Assembly (NCBI RefSeq): GCF_964355755.1
Contig: NC_092677.1
Coordinates: forward strand, 19,366,101 to 19,430,100
Direction of reading: 5' to 3'
DNA from: Antedon mediterranea
Lineage: Eukaryota; Animalia; Echinodermata
DNA: 64,000 nucleotides
The position numbers and the translations under genes are program-made. Of the stretch, positions 10,412 to 23,193 are shown in pieces. The notes under the pieces were generated by a model. That model was not told the origin of the DNA, ran no database searches, and saw nothing but the letters and a program-made list of their open reading frames with translations. The stretch's first letter is position 1. Each line of letters opens with the position of its first letter.

Positions 10412-12979
10412 GGCCTGTCACGATAAATATGGTCCGGGGCCAAAATCGGTCCGGCCGGACCAGTTTTGGCTCTAAAGATGTGGCCAAAACTATAAATACT
10501 ATAAATAAATGTATTTTATCTAAAAACATGACTTAGGTGTTCACTCATATTTCGGCCTGCCACACACTCACCCGAACGGGTATATGAGACGCTGATATTG
10601 CCAGCTAGATTTTATTTATGATTGAGGCCTTTTTCCTTCCTCAGCCCGGGCCTCAGCCTAATCAATATTGGATAATTGTTTTATAATAATTGTATTGAAT
10701 TGAAATATTGATTGATTAACCATAAATAATTAATCAATTAAATTGTTTTTAACATCATGGGGAAACGAAGATGTTAAAAAAGAACAAAATGGATTAAAAA
10801 CAGGCAGAGATACATATTGTATACAAAAAGCCTAACAATTAGTACTAATTATTGATGAGTTACTACTAATAATGATAATAAAAAAAACAGGCTTAATTTA
10901 TAATATTAAAATAACAAATAAAACCTCGTAGTTTTCAATATAATGACTAATCATGGCCTTTTTTTTAATGATATATACATTATGACTCATTTTGCGCACC
11001 ATATATTTGTCAGACCGGACCATATTTGGCGGCCAAAAACAGTCCTACTGCCCGGACCGATTTTATCCAGGCCGGACCAGTTTTGGCGGCCAAAATTGGT
11101 CCGGCCGGACAGGTTTTGGCAGCCATAAATGGGGTGCCTCGAAAACAGAGACCAGAGACCCGAGACCCAGGGTCTCTGTTTTCGAGAAAATCTCGAAAAC
11201 AGAGACCCCCACTAAAACGTCTCAATATTACGTAATATAGGGGGTCTCTGTTTTCGAGTTCTCGAAAACAGAGACCCCTTATATAACGTAATATTGACTT
11301 AATATTGAGACGTTTTAGTGGGGGTCTCTGTTTTCGAGAAAATCTCGAAAACAGAGACCCCCTATATAACGTAATATTGACTTAATATTGAGACGTTTTA
11401 GTGGGGGTCTCTGTTTTCGAGTTTTTCTCGAAAACAGAGACCTCCTATATAACGTAATATTGAGACGTTTTAGTGGGGGTCTCTGTTTTCGAGTTTTTCT
11501 CGAAAACAGAGACCCAACTAAAACGTTTTAATATTACATTATATAGGGGGTCTCTGTTTTCGAGAAAAACTCGAAAACAGAGACGTGACCCCCACTAAAA
11601 CGTCTCAATATTACGTTATATAGGAGGTCTCTGTTTTCGAGAAAAACTCGAAAACAGAGACCCCCACTAAAACGTCTCAATATTACGTTATATAGGAGGT
11701 CTCTGTTTTCGAGAAAAACTCGAAAACAGAGACCCCCACTAAAACGTCTCAATATTAAGTCAATATTACGTTATATAGGGGGTCTCTGTTTTCGAGAAAA
11801 TCTCGAAAACAGAGACCCCCACTAAAACGTCTCAATATTAAGTCAATATTACGTTATAATATACGTCCTTATATAAGGTAATATTGACTTAATATTGAAA
11901 CGTTTTAGTGGGGGTCTCTGTTTTCGAGTTTTTCTCGAAAACAGAGACTCCCTATATAACGTAATATTGAAACGTTTTAGTGGGGGTCTCTGTTTTCGAG
12001 TTTTTCTCAAAAACAGAGACCCCACTAAAACGTTTTAATATTACATTATATAGGGGGTCTCTGTTTTCGAGTTTTTCTAGAAAACAGAGACCCCCACTAA
12101 AACGTCTCAATATTAAGTCAATATTACGTTATATAGGGGGTCTCTGTTTTCGACCCCCACTAAAACGTCTCAATATTGAGGGTCTCTTTTTTCGAGATTT
12201 CCCGAGACCCCCTAATATAATCCCTGTTTTAAGAGTGTTGCAAATACCGTACCCACCAACGAGCTTGGTCATAAATGATTAAAACCCAACTTTTATCGCA
12301 AAAACCGTGAATTTATGTTGATTTATTTATCAATTTATGTTTTTTTTTTAATTCATTTCTTTTTTAAGGCTCGCCCAACACAATATATTTGTCTTCATCC
12401 AGTCTGCCTCAAAGTCTGACCTCATATCATTTTGTTATTGCATTGTACGTTATTATCTTTTATGCTTGTAAATAAATGTTACGAAACTAGTGTCAGCTTT
12501 TGAAATAATCTCCCGCTTTTTAGCTTCTAAAAGGCACAGCATGCATTTATACATCTTACTTCTAGAGCGTCGACCTTATTAAAAAATGACAGTCTTTTCA
12601 CACGCGTTCAAGAATTCATCAATCTCTTCTTATCGTTGCGGCATGTTCTTTGATCGGCATATCAGTTACCGTTTATTCGCCGAATATACCTCGCACGTTT
12701 GGAAATGATAAATGATGTCTCAACACAAATATTCGTCGTGCCTCGTTTTAGTGGGGGTCTCTTATACCCCCTATATAACGTAATATTGACTTAATATTGA
12801 GACGTTTTAGTGGGGGTCTCTGTTTTCGAGATTTTCTCGAAAGCAGAGACCCTGGGTCTCGGGTCTCTGGTCTCTGTTTTCGAGACACCCGCCATAAATG
12901 GTCCCCCGGACTGATTTTGGCAGCCAAAACTGGTCCGCCGAACCGATTTTGGCCCGGACTGATTTTGGTGTGACAGGCC
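10412..12979. mobile_element. Non-autonomous TIR element flanked by TA, with ggtcc...ggacc subterminal palindromes
   Basis: TA|ggcctgtcac ... gtgacaggcc|TA; repeated ggtccggccggaccagttttggc motifs at both ends; hosts the 11132-12890 insertion. Confidence 0.7.
11132..12890. mobile_element. MITE family B (GGGTG termini, perfect 10-bp TSD) with internal palindromic satellite array
   Basis: TIR gggtgcctcgaaaacagagaccagagacccgagacccagg / reverse complement; TSD gccataaatg at 11122-11131 and 12891-12900; more than ten copies of ggggtctctgttttcgag..ctcgaaaacagagacccc. Confidence 0.9.
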
Positions 12980-13360
12980 TATCACACAACACAAGTTGTC
13001 TTCCATATTGCATTATTATAAGCCAACAAAACTAGGCCTATCTATTAGGAATTGCAATTGAAATTCCGCTCACTAGGGCCTCTAGACGAATACAAAGATA
13101 CAGTAATCAGTTACAATTAATTAGATCATACATAATAGACATTAGGCCTACTATTTCAGACCATGGAGGAATAGTCAATTGACCATGATGAGGTAAACAG
13201 ACGGTCTGATATTAGTGACGTAATGAACTGTTTATTATTAATGAGTGTTATTCAACGTGTATATGGGGGAAAATTTTGCATCGATTCAAAATTATGTTCC
13301 CGCCGTGTTTCTGAATTCACTGCTGCCGTGTGAATTACGGAACGCCGTTACTGCCTTCTT

Positions 13361-13785
13361 CAAGTCAAGTCAAGTATCATTTATTATCATTTGTTTTAAG
13401 AAAAAACATAGAAATTCTGTTTGCTCTGTTGGCGGAGCATAATATCCAACGGACACAACACGAACTCAAAAACAAAAACATTACAAAAAAGTGTCTACAT
13501 TATGTTTAAGGCTCTAATAGGTCCTGGAAAGAAACTATATTTGTAAATCATGCCTTATTGGCCTTAATAGAACGAAATCGCCGACCTCTGTGCATCAACT
13601 GGAACATACTAGAGGCCGGATGAAATTGATCATCTTTGATAGCCACTGCCGGCCTTTTTCAGAAGACGATCCGAAAATATGTTCTCCAAAGGCAGTTGTG
13701 CAGATCATTTGAAATATAAATACCCAAGAATTTAAATTCTTCTACAAACTCAACTGATATACCATTAATAAATATTGGATATTTG
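13361..13785 (-). mobile_element. LINE 3' end (L2/Rex-Babar-like) with (CTTGA)n tail
   Basis: Minus strand encodes ...HPASSMFQLM.RGRRFRSIKANKA...; caagtcaagtcaag tail; second copy at ~34620-34989. Confidence 0.8.
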
Positions 13786-14433
13786 ACAGTAGTCACAATT
13801 TCTCATTTGACCCGATGTCAAGGGTCATATTTGTTGAGACGTGAAATAGGGCCGAAAAGTAAAAGCACTGAATGATGAAAGCACCGAACGTAATGGTCAA
13901 AAAGCCGAAGAAGGCAGTAACGGCGTTCCATAGTTCAGGTAGTAATAAAACATGTGCGTTTGTGTGGGGGAGAGAACGAGTATTGTTATATTATATCTTT
14001 TACCATTACGTTCGGCACTTTTACCATTTCATATGGCTCTTACCATTTCATACGGCTCTTTCATCATTTCATACACGGCTTTTTCATCATTTTCATACTG
14101 CTCTTTTATCGTTTGGTGCTTTTCTATTCGGCCCCTTTACCATTACGTTCGGTGCTTTCATCATTCATTGCTTTTACCTTTCGGCCCTTTTCACGTTTCA
14201 ACAAATATGACCCTTGACATCGGGTAAAATGAGAAAATGTGACTGCTGTATGGAGCCTAGTCCAACTTGCTCAAACTTGCCCAAGTACACGCGCGGCACA
14301 TCAAGTCCTAAGGAGGAGGTTGTTTTCGTCCCAACACCACCAATAGGTGGAAAATTGTTCAACCAATCAAAACTTTTTCGATTCGTGTGAATATATTCTA
14401 TATTTTATACACTGTTTCTATATACCCAGTTTA

Positions 14434-15391
14434 GGGTGTCACGAAACCTAAGACCACGAAAGCTAAGACCCCCTAAGACCTAAGATCACGAAAGCTAAGA
14501 CCCAAGACCTAAGATTGCAAATTCTAAGATATACTACAGCTTAAAAACAATACTTGTTTATCCATACATACAAACAAACTTGACTGGTTGTTTGTTGGTA
14601 TATATTTACTCCATTGTGTTGGTTCAGAGGATGTTTTTCTTTCGCACCTGCCTTTCTTGTATTTTGACTCCAAATTTGTTAACTGACTTTATTCTGAATA
14701 TCACACTTTAAAATTAGGACTTATATAAGTACTTTCAGAAGGAGAAACACATAATAACAAATAAATAAATCCTTTAAATTTATGATTTTACAGATGTGTT
14801 TCTTTGTATACTGTAATGTAACTCCTCGAGCTCCCCATGCTTAATGTTTTTGTTTCTATGGAGCGCCAAAAGAGCAACAATAATAGTACAAGTATAAAAA
14901 CAGAAAGAAAACGAAACAAAAAAACTTATCATGATTTTTTAATTAAAATTTATTTGCCAGTATTTATTTCCTCGTACTTGCATGATTATACTTTTATCAT
15001 TACAATTTTAATTTTACATTGTTCCATCCACACTGTAGATGGACTCCACAGAGTTTTCAGCCCTCTATATAATTTTTGCTCTTTTGACGTTCCATAGAAA
15101 CAAAAACATTGAACATGGGGTAGGCCTACTGTACTGTAGGCTAGTCATTTTGTGTGCGAGAAAAACGTCTGTAAAATCATCAATTTAAAAATGTATTTGT
15201 TACTTTTTATGTGATTCTTTTTCATGAAAGTGCCAATTCTAAGGTGTGGTATTCAGAATAAATGTTGGGAGTTAAAATACAAGGCAGGTGCGAAAGATAA
15301 ATATTTGTAATCTCAGGTCTTGGGTCTTAGCTTTCGTGATCTTAGGTCTTAGGGGGTCTTAGCTTTCGTGGTCTTAGGTTTCGTGACACCC
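14434..15391. mobile_element. MITE family A copy 2
   Basis: Same TIRs and interior as 3918-4991 (with an internal deletion); flanks acccagttta / acctagttta. Confidence 0.9.
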
Positions 15392-15851
15392 ACCTAGTTT
15401 AGGCCTATATCGCGTATTTTTCACCTATTGGAAACGACCTGCCTCGGACTCAATGTGCCGCGCGTGTACTTGGGCAAGTTTGAGCAAGTTAGACTAGGCA
15501 CATTTTCTCATTTACCCGGTGTCGTATTTGTTGAGACGTGAAAAAGGGCCGAAAAGTAAAAGCACTGAATGATTTTTATTTTTATTTTTTGAACGTAATG
15601 GTGAAAGAGCCGTATAAAATGGTGAAAGAGCCAAATGGTAAATGGCCGAATGGTAAAAGAGCCAAAGAAGGCAATAACGGCGTTCCATAGTTCAGGTAGT
15701 AATAAAACATGTGCGTTTGTGTGAGGGAGAGAACGAGTATTGTTGAGTCACAGTACTGTACAAAAATTATTGCTTTTAATTTGAAAAATAAATGTACTTA
15801 ATAAGGTAAATGAAGTTTCAATGATTTGTTATGTAGTAATTGACGGCGACG

Positions 15852-16008
15852 ATGGGCAAGAGTAAGAGAAACAAGAGATTTAGAGCGAAAAAATCCAGGC
15901 CCACTGGATTACCAAGCGTGAAAGAAATGGAGGAGCTCGGTGAAACGGAAGATTTGTCAGCTGGCTGGTGGCGATCTGCAACAAACAGTGTTTGGCCTTA
16001 TGGAAAAG
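15852..16008 (+). pseudogene. HEATR3: HEATR3 (Syo1-like) first coding exon, frameshifted, no downstream exons seen
   Basis: MGKSKRNKRFRAKKSRPTGLPSVKE resembles the HEATR3 N-terminus; removing a 4-bp ctgg duplication gives ...SAGGDLQQTVFGLMEK|GT donor. Confidence 0.7.
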
Positions 16009-16039
16009 GTTGGCTCATTTAACTATTATTGTTTGTACC

Positions 16040-16745
16040 ACTGAACTGAACTGAACTGAACTTTTATTGTATCTCTTTTAAATCAGAGGCACAGTCTCAA
16101 TGAGATGTGCAACAAGTTTACAGTGAAAAATAATACATACACACTAAAATATAAATACAAAACAAGAAATTAGACATAAGAACAAAATTAAAAAAAAAAA
16201 AATTTAAGAAAACTGAGACAGATTAAATACTAAAAAAATGAGTAAATTAAGTTTGAGAAGGAATTGTATTATATATATCATTTCGTGTGTTCCAAGCCAT
16301 GGTCAGAAAAATTTTGCAATGTTTGTCGAAAATAATACTTGCTGATTCGTATACATCATGGGTCAATTGATTTGGTGTAATTTTAAATTCATTATGGATT
16401 TCAAGATCATCGAAGAATAAGTGGTATTTAAGATCTAGAGAGCTAGTAGTAAACAATTCCCAGAACATGGATAGATTATTGTTGTTTAGCTCATCTTTAA
16501 GGTTCACGAGTATTGGTTGTCTAACGTACTCAAGTCGTTTGCATTCAAATACGAAATGATATACAGTTTCCTTTTCATTACAATTACACAATAAACATAT
16601 ACCTGCATTTTGAGGTGACCATGCTTCTTTTCTACCTTCAAGTGGTAGAGAATTGGAGCGAATTTTAAATGTTAGGTTTGAAGCATGGTAGTTACACTTA
16701 TCTAATAAGTATTTTTCTAGTTTTGGTTCACCAGCAGTTTCAGAG
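16040..16745 (-). mobile_element. LINE 3' end with CCHC zinc knuckle (RTE-X/Nimb-like) and (TTCAG)n tail
   Basis: FKIRSNSLPLEGR...CLLCNCNEKETVYHFVFECKRL; AATAAA followed by gttca repeats. Confidence 0.8.
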
Positions 16746-16749
16746 CCAA

Positions 16750-17625
16750 TTCAAATGAATGTTGTATAGTAAAATATGCAGATGACACAGTCATCACTGG
16801 ATACATTACTGGCAATGATGAAACAAGCTATAGACACATAGGATGTGATTTTTATCACTGGTGCTGCAATAACAACCTGAAACTAAACATAAAGAAAACA
16901 AAAGAAATGCAAATTGATTTTAGGAAAATTAAAGAACCCTTAGAACCTCTGATTATAAATGAAAATGAGATTGAAGTAGTAAATGAGTACAAATATCTGG
17001 GTTGTATAATTGACAATAAGCTAAATTGGATAAATAATGTAAATAAAGCCACATGCAAAGCCAACCAAAGGATGTTTATTTTAAGAAAAATGAAGTACCT
17101 ACAAATTGACAAAACTATACTTAAATTGTTTTATAACTCTGTAATTCTCAGTGTAATACTTTTTTGTAATGTTTGTTTTTATGGTAATACAATGCAAAAA
17201 GATAAAATTAAACTTAATCGAATAGGAAATAGAGCAATTAGACTAGTAGGAAAGCACTTACCTGATGTTGAATCCTTGTATAAAGAAAATGTGTTAAAAA
17301 AAGTAAAAAGTATCATTGATGATGAAACACATCCTCTTCACAAACAATTTGCTCTCATGAATTCTGGCATAAGACTACGTGCACTTAATACCAAAACAAA
17401 ACGGTTTAGGTGCTCGTTTGTACCTAATGCTATACACTTATATAACTCCAGAGTACAAAGGTAAAATGTAACCGATAATTTTTATCTAATTTTAACAATT
17501 TTTAGCCTCTTAACTTTTTGTGTGTGTTTTTGTAAATTGTATTTTATATTTTTGTATTTTGCCAGTTTTCAAATCACATTTCTGTTTTTTAAATGGACAA
17601 TAAAGTATATACATGACTATGACTA
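16750..17625 (+). mobile_element. 5'-truncated L2/Rex-Babar-like LINE (RT C-terminus)
   Basis: KYADDTVITG...WCCNNNLKLNIKKTKEMQIDFRK...YKYLGCIIDNKLNW...HPLH...TKRFRCSFVPNAI; caataaag then (GACTAT) tail. Confidence 0.9.
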
Positions 17626-19107
17626 TTTTTATACCTTATATAATTACTTAGTGATGGTTTATTCTTAGCATTCTCAAGCCATTTCATCTTATCTTTTATA
17701 GTGTTTTTTTCTTTGAAACCAATTATTAGCATATTCTAAGTTAAAATGTTTTTGTATATCACAGTTGATTAAAATAGATTCTATATTATGTAGCCAATTC
17801 CAATTTAAAGTGTTTTCAAGTGCAAAGAGCGCTCTTAGCAGAACTTTTGGTAAACGACGACTGATTCACGTTTTTATCGGATAGTTGGCGCTAATGCAGT
17901 TTTGTACCCACCACTTAAAATTACTCAAAATCTTCATCCAACCTACTCTACTCACGAGTTGTCTACAACATCCAGCAAGCATAATAACATTGTAAAAAAA
18001 TCGATAATTTATAACTATTTTTAATCAATTAATATTGAGCACCCTTCATAAATCCATCGCCAGCTTAGCTTCGTAAAAATCATTGCTAGGCCTGCCGATA
18101 AAAGTTTGGAGGCCTCGCAGGACATTAACTCTAAAATACAGACTTGTGAAACACGTATAGAAATCAATTTGCAGACCGCAAATATACGATAAGAATGACG
18201 TAGGTTATCATACCGTATTTGGCTATATGGGGCGGGCGGTATGTAAATATGGATTTCGAATCAACCAATGATCATTTTGTTTCAAAATGAAAGAGATCGA
18301 GTACGTACAGTGCTTAATGTACGATCGAGACTGTTGAAATATAAAATAGTAATGCCAATTTGTTTTGTTTATTAATTGTTTAGTCCTTGGCCTAGGCCTC
18401 TTTCGTAGGTCCTACTCAACTCGCACGTATGACCTGCCAAATAAAACGCCAATGAAGTAGGCCTACATACCACCGGCACACAACAGGGCTACACCACCAC
18501 ACAGAACAGGACAGGGTCTGGGTGGGAATAAAATCAAAATTATCTCCGCGTAATAAATGATCCATTCAATGTTTGATTTGCGGAGAAGCTAGCCTATCAT
18601 ATATCAAGACGAGTTTTCATGTTTCAAAGATCCCATCAAATGTTTACCAGACTACTAGGCGTATAAAATATTTTCTAGCCTTCAGAACTTTCATAAATGT
18701 ACCCGGACCCAAGTACACATTGTCTAAACGTAACATAGCGCATGCGCATCATCTTAGTTGGTGAATCTTTGAAATTCTGAAAAATGAATATTTAAACAGT
18801 GTACGAGTGAGTAGCCAATCGCATGCAGCTGAAACTAGTCAACCGGATAATCGTATGCACCAAGAATTCTTGGTGTCAAACCACGTGACTTGTGCGTGTT
18901 TCCCCAGATGGAGTATCCAAAATCAAGTAGTATACGTATGAAACGCCATCTGTGCCAAAATATTTATCTTTTTACTAATATTAAGACAAAACTCCGTCTG
19001 GAACCCAGACTACCAAAAAGCATATGTCACATAATTAACCCTAATTTTTTTTCTAAACACAGACATTAAAAAAATGAAAAAAGAAAAATAATGCAAAGGA
19101 CATTTTA

Positions 19108-19116
19108 TTTTCAACT

Positions 19117-19156
<40 letters not shown>

Positions 19157-19465
19157 TGAACACTTTCATATTTAAATTTAAAAAATAGCTTAAAATAATA
19201 ACACTTTCGTATTAATAGTAATACACAATATACATTTCTCTTAAGAACAAAATATAAATACAGTAATTTCACAATGTAATAAATATAAATCTACTTTTTC
19301 TTTTCTCTTAAAAACAAAGTCTATAAATAATTTGTTGTCAATTTTTTCTTTTAGCATATTTCCACTAAAAAATAATTTAATTAAACATAAAACTTTCTTA
19401 TTCAAATAAATAGTTATTACTTACTAAATAAACAGATGATAAAAGTTCTATAAATTCAAGATTAA
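19108..19465 (-). mobile_element. Poly(A)-tailed retroposed 3' end (L1/Tx1-like)
   Basis: ~45-nt T run abutting tttattg (AATAAA on minus); the ~310-bp body recurs at ~24110-24420. Confidence 0.55.
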
Positions 19466-20010
19466 ACAAGAAATATTTCTTACAAAAAACGCCGCGCAAC
19501 TTTTTGACTGGACAGTTGTAAGAACAGTCTTCATTAATCTAATATAATAGGTCGGCCAATCAAAACGCAAGTGAACAATTGGGACTTTACTTGTGATTTA
19601 TGTCATTGGCCTGTCAGCACAGTCGTTTCTTTCTAGAATTAAACGCACAAACTTGTATTGGGAATAATGTATGTGGTTATTACTATCGCATTTAGGTATT
19701 GATAATAATAATAATATGGCTTTTGAATATATAATTACTGTCTGTAGAATAACATTTATACATTTTCGGTTCGCGATGAAAAGTTATATGAATGGATTTG
19801 TAATAGGTATTTATAATAATAGTATATGGGTTGTATTATTGCTAAGCTATCACCAAATCGCGTTATAACATTATTTCTCAGGTTTTTTGCACCATTGATC
19901 AATACCAAACGCGTATCGGTATTATAGTTTTTAATGAATCATTACATTAATAAAAATACCCAATTAAATCAATCGCGTCAGTCCAATTCCGACTTATGTT
20001 TCGATCACAT

Positions 20011-20171
20011 AGTTCTGTGTCTACACTGTCCCAACTAGTTTAACAAAAAAAAGTGTGATGTGCCCAAATATGGTAGTGATATGCCCGATTATCGTAGTGA
20101 TATGACATCGTCATGATGATGTCTATATAATATGGGCACATCATATTTAGTTTGATAGCATAGACAGAGCT
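20011..20171. mobile_element. Short Harbinger-like MITE
   Basis: Imperfect TIR agttctgtgtctacact / agtttgatagcatagacagagct, internal atatggtagtgatatg repeats. Confidence 0.6.
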
Positions 20172-20194
20172 TAAGGATTATATTAAAAAAATGT

Positions 20195-20425
20195 TTTCTT
20201 ACATTTTGAACGGAAGTATTTATTTGTTTATAAGCCCAATTTTCCAGTCTTAATTTTACATTTTGAAAAAAAGTATTTATTTGTTTATAAGCCCAATTTT
20301 CCAGTCTTAATTTTACATTTTGAAAAAAAAGTATTTTATTTGTTGATAAGCCCAATTTTGCAGTCTTATTTTACATTTTAAACGAAAGTATTTATTTGTT
20401 GATAAGCCGAATTTTCCAGTTTAAT
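20195..20425. repeat. ~57-bp tandem repeat (4 units)
   Basis: ttttacattttgaa..aagtatttatttgtt.ataagcccaattttccagtcttaa repeated; diverged copies at ~20600 and 22290-22530. Confidence 0.85.
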
Positions 20426-20932
20426 AATAATGACCCCTTCCACAGTGCTTATACCATATACATTTTACATGATATTGACCGTGGTTTCTTTACGCCTCTG
20501 ATGCATTTGTTTTTATTGTACCTTTTTAATAAATTATTATATGTTTAGGCCTAATCACACCCAATTTAATGAAACGGTCAGATTTCGATTTCAATTGAAC
20601 GAAAGTAGTACTGTATTTATTATTCATTGATAAGCCAAGGGTCCCATGGCGTTAGCCGATATCTTGAGCATTTGACTCTTATGTCAACCTGTAACACAAA
20701 TCATTCTTCAAAATCTAAAGAAAGAACCTCACACGTCTTTTTTGTGAGTGATACACTATGGATATGCCCACGGAAATAATATGTGGACATTGCAAACAAT
20801 CATAGGCCTACAGTAACAAACATAACATGGCTAATAAGCATAACATTCAGACTTGTTTGTTTTCTAGTGGATTTTTATTTACTTTAGCATGTAGAATAAA
20901 ACTAGTAACAGTGGCTATATTAATAATTATAC

Positions 20933-22246
20933 CAGGGCTCGAAATTTACTTTTTTTTCGACTAGCAAACTTTGCTAGTTGTAAAAAAATTAACTAGCAAA
21001 ATCAGCAGCATAACTAGCAATCACAATTTTTTTTCGGTAAAATAGTTAAATTCTACACAAATCTGAATTTATTTAGGTGTAGAGCTAGACCTAGCTTTTA
21101 GGTGTAGGCCTAGCTAGCTAGGCAAAGCTGTAGTAGTAGTAGTAGTACCCTTTTTAGCCAAATTAAAAAAAGATCAAGACATGCTTTCATGCTAGCCAAA
21201 TCAAGGGCGTTTCGGCCTATGGACGATTCGTCCCGAGACGTTTCGGCCCACTTTTTTTTAGGTCGAAACTTTTAAAATTTGAAGCGGAACAAAATTGACT
21301 AGGCCTATGTATAAAATATTATTGCCGATGACAAAACTGAGTTTTATATTGTTTATATCCAGACGTAATTAAAACATTAAATTTAATTGCCACCGAGCGA
21401 AATTGGTAGGCCCTAACTAATCCGTCCCAAGCTACGCCCGCCTCACTCCGCCATCTCTCGCGCTCCACTCGTCTCTATCCAGGAAATTCCCTATCGCACG
21501 AGAGGCATGATGTTGGAATAATAGTGGGCTGATCAATAGTTTGAAAACAGCTTACGGCATTTCTTAAGTGAATTTTTATTCAACGTATTCTTCTTTGATG
21601 AATCCTTTGCTCATTGCTATGTAAAATCAGTAATTAAAGTTGTGATGCGAAAGTGTGTGTAATTTAATTCCACAGGTAAACAATATAGGCGTAAGAAAAT
21701 CCATCGCACAAACAACAGGACCTCGTGGTGTGCCGAGGAGACGTTCTTCTCCAAAATTGGAAGAGTCCATTAAGTGGGGAGGTGTTTACTATTTACGAAT
21801 CTATTAAATACGCGCTTCGACCACTGTGTAGGCAAAATATTTATTTCGTTAAATCCCTAAATTGATAATCGCGTATTCTGTAATCAGGTGACTGATGATG
21901 TAATCCTTAGCGACGTACTAAATGCACATGCTTTTGTGTTAAGGAAAAGCTTGCTGTTAATATAATGCACATCGTTAACAACTATGCTACCACATGATTC
22001 ACGGTGCTATTCGCGTTTCCTTGACGTAAATTGGCGGCGTGTAAATGAAACAATTGTTTTCACCAAATTGGTTCCTATTAGCCGTTGTCGACATAGCGAT
22101 TGGCGGCTAGCGTGGCTAAGCTAAAAAGTACGTATTTTTTCAAAAATTACACTAGCAAACATTTGCTAGTTATGAAATTTTCAACTAGCAATTATCAAGA
22201 ATCTACTAGCAAAATGCTAGTTTGCTAGCGTGAATTTCGAGCCCTG
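20933..22246. mobile_element. Non-autonomous hAT-like element with 5-bp TSD (hAT5-like)
   Basis: TIR cagggctcgaaatt / aatttcgagccctg; TSD tatac; subterminal actagcaa repeats. Confidence 0.85.
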
Positions 22247-22836
22247 TATACTGATTATCCTTGATGTTATCGCGTCTAATAATAAAATATTTTGTTGTTG
22301 ATAAGCCCAATTTTTCACAGTGCATTTTACATGATATTGACCGAGGGTTTTTACGCCTCTATAGCCACTGATCAATACCATAATTAATGTACTTTTTTAA
22401 ATGAATATTGAAATGTTTCAACATACCCAATTAAAAAAAACGGTCCGTTTTCGAGTTCAATCTTTTGATTAGAGAGGTTGGAGTTTCATTTTGAACGAAA
22501 GTATTTATTTGATTGATAAGCCAAATTTCTAGTCCTAATGATTTGAGATTCAACGGGTTTTGCTTTCAATTGTATAATAATATGATTATATATATATATA
22601 TATAAATATAATATTAAGTATAATTATGAATTCACCAATACTTTCAGGCCCAATAACAATGGCCCGAGTTTTTGTAGACCGGACTTCCATGCACAGCCAC
22701 ATGTTAAGGAATATGAATCTCTTTATGATTTTAATATGGTTCGAAATGATATTACACAACAACGATTAGACAGCAACTGTGCAAGAGTCCAACTAATAAA
22801 ATCGGAATGATCAATTAATTGAACATTTACAGCATA

Positions 22837-23193
22837 AGGCCCATACACTAGGACGATAACGATCGACGATAAATAGACAACTGTGCATTTTTAATACATA
22901 AACCAAAAGAAATATAAACAATTCCTTTGATGAAAATTATATTTTCACACGTCCAATCAAATGACGTCATGATTAGTAAGACCAATAATATCGTGACAAT
23001 ACAGCGATTTTATTGTTTTTATTTATCATGACGTCATTTGATTGGAATTTGAAAAACATTATTTTTATCAAAGACAGCATAAATGATTATCCTATAGGTC
23101 TAGAACGAAAACCTTTCTAATTTCTTTTGGTTTATGTAAAAAAAATGCAATATATTTATCGTCCGTCGTTATCGTCATAGTGTAATTGGGCCT
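22837..23193. mobile_element. Palindromic Harbinger-like MITE
   Basis: aggcccatacactaggacgataacga / tcgttatcgtcatagtgtaattgggcct; interior is inverted throughout. Confidence 0.7.

Larger units (their letters stand above)
13338..15745. repeat. Rearranged composite of MITE segments: inverted pair 13786-14249, inverted pair 14255-15499, direct copy 15499-15745
   Basis: ggaacgccgttactgccttct at ~13339 and its complement at ~13909 and ~15667; acagtagtcac...gtgactgctgt palindrome; gcctagtccaacttgctcaaacttgcccaagtacacgcgcggcac mirrored at ~15455-15499. Confidence 0.7.

Noticed and set aside
11140-12210. CRISPR-like array of palindromic repeats
   Set aside because: Spacers are repeated copies of one linker, array is bounded by TIRs and a 10-bp TSD, no cas genes, eukaryotic context
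17790-19012. Complete element ending in hairpin terminus gtctggaacccagacta
   Set aside because: Only one terminus recognisable; no partner end or TSD, so boundaries cannot be supported
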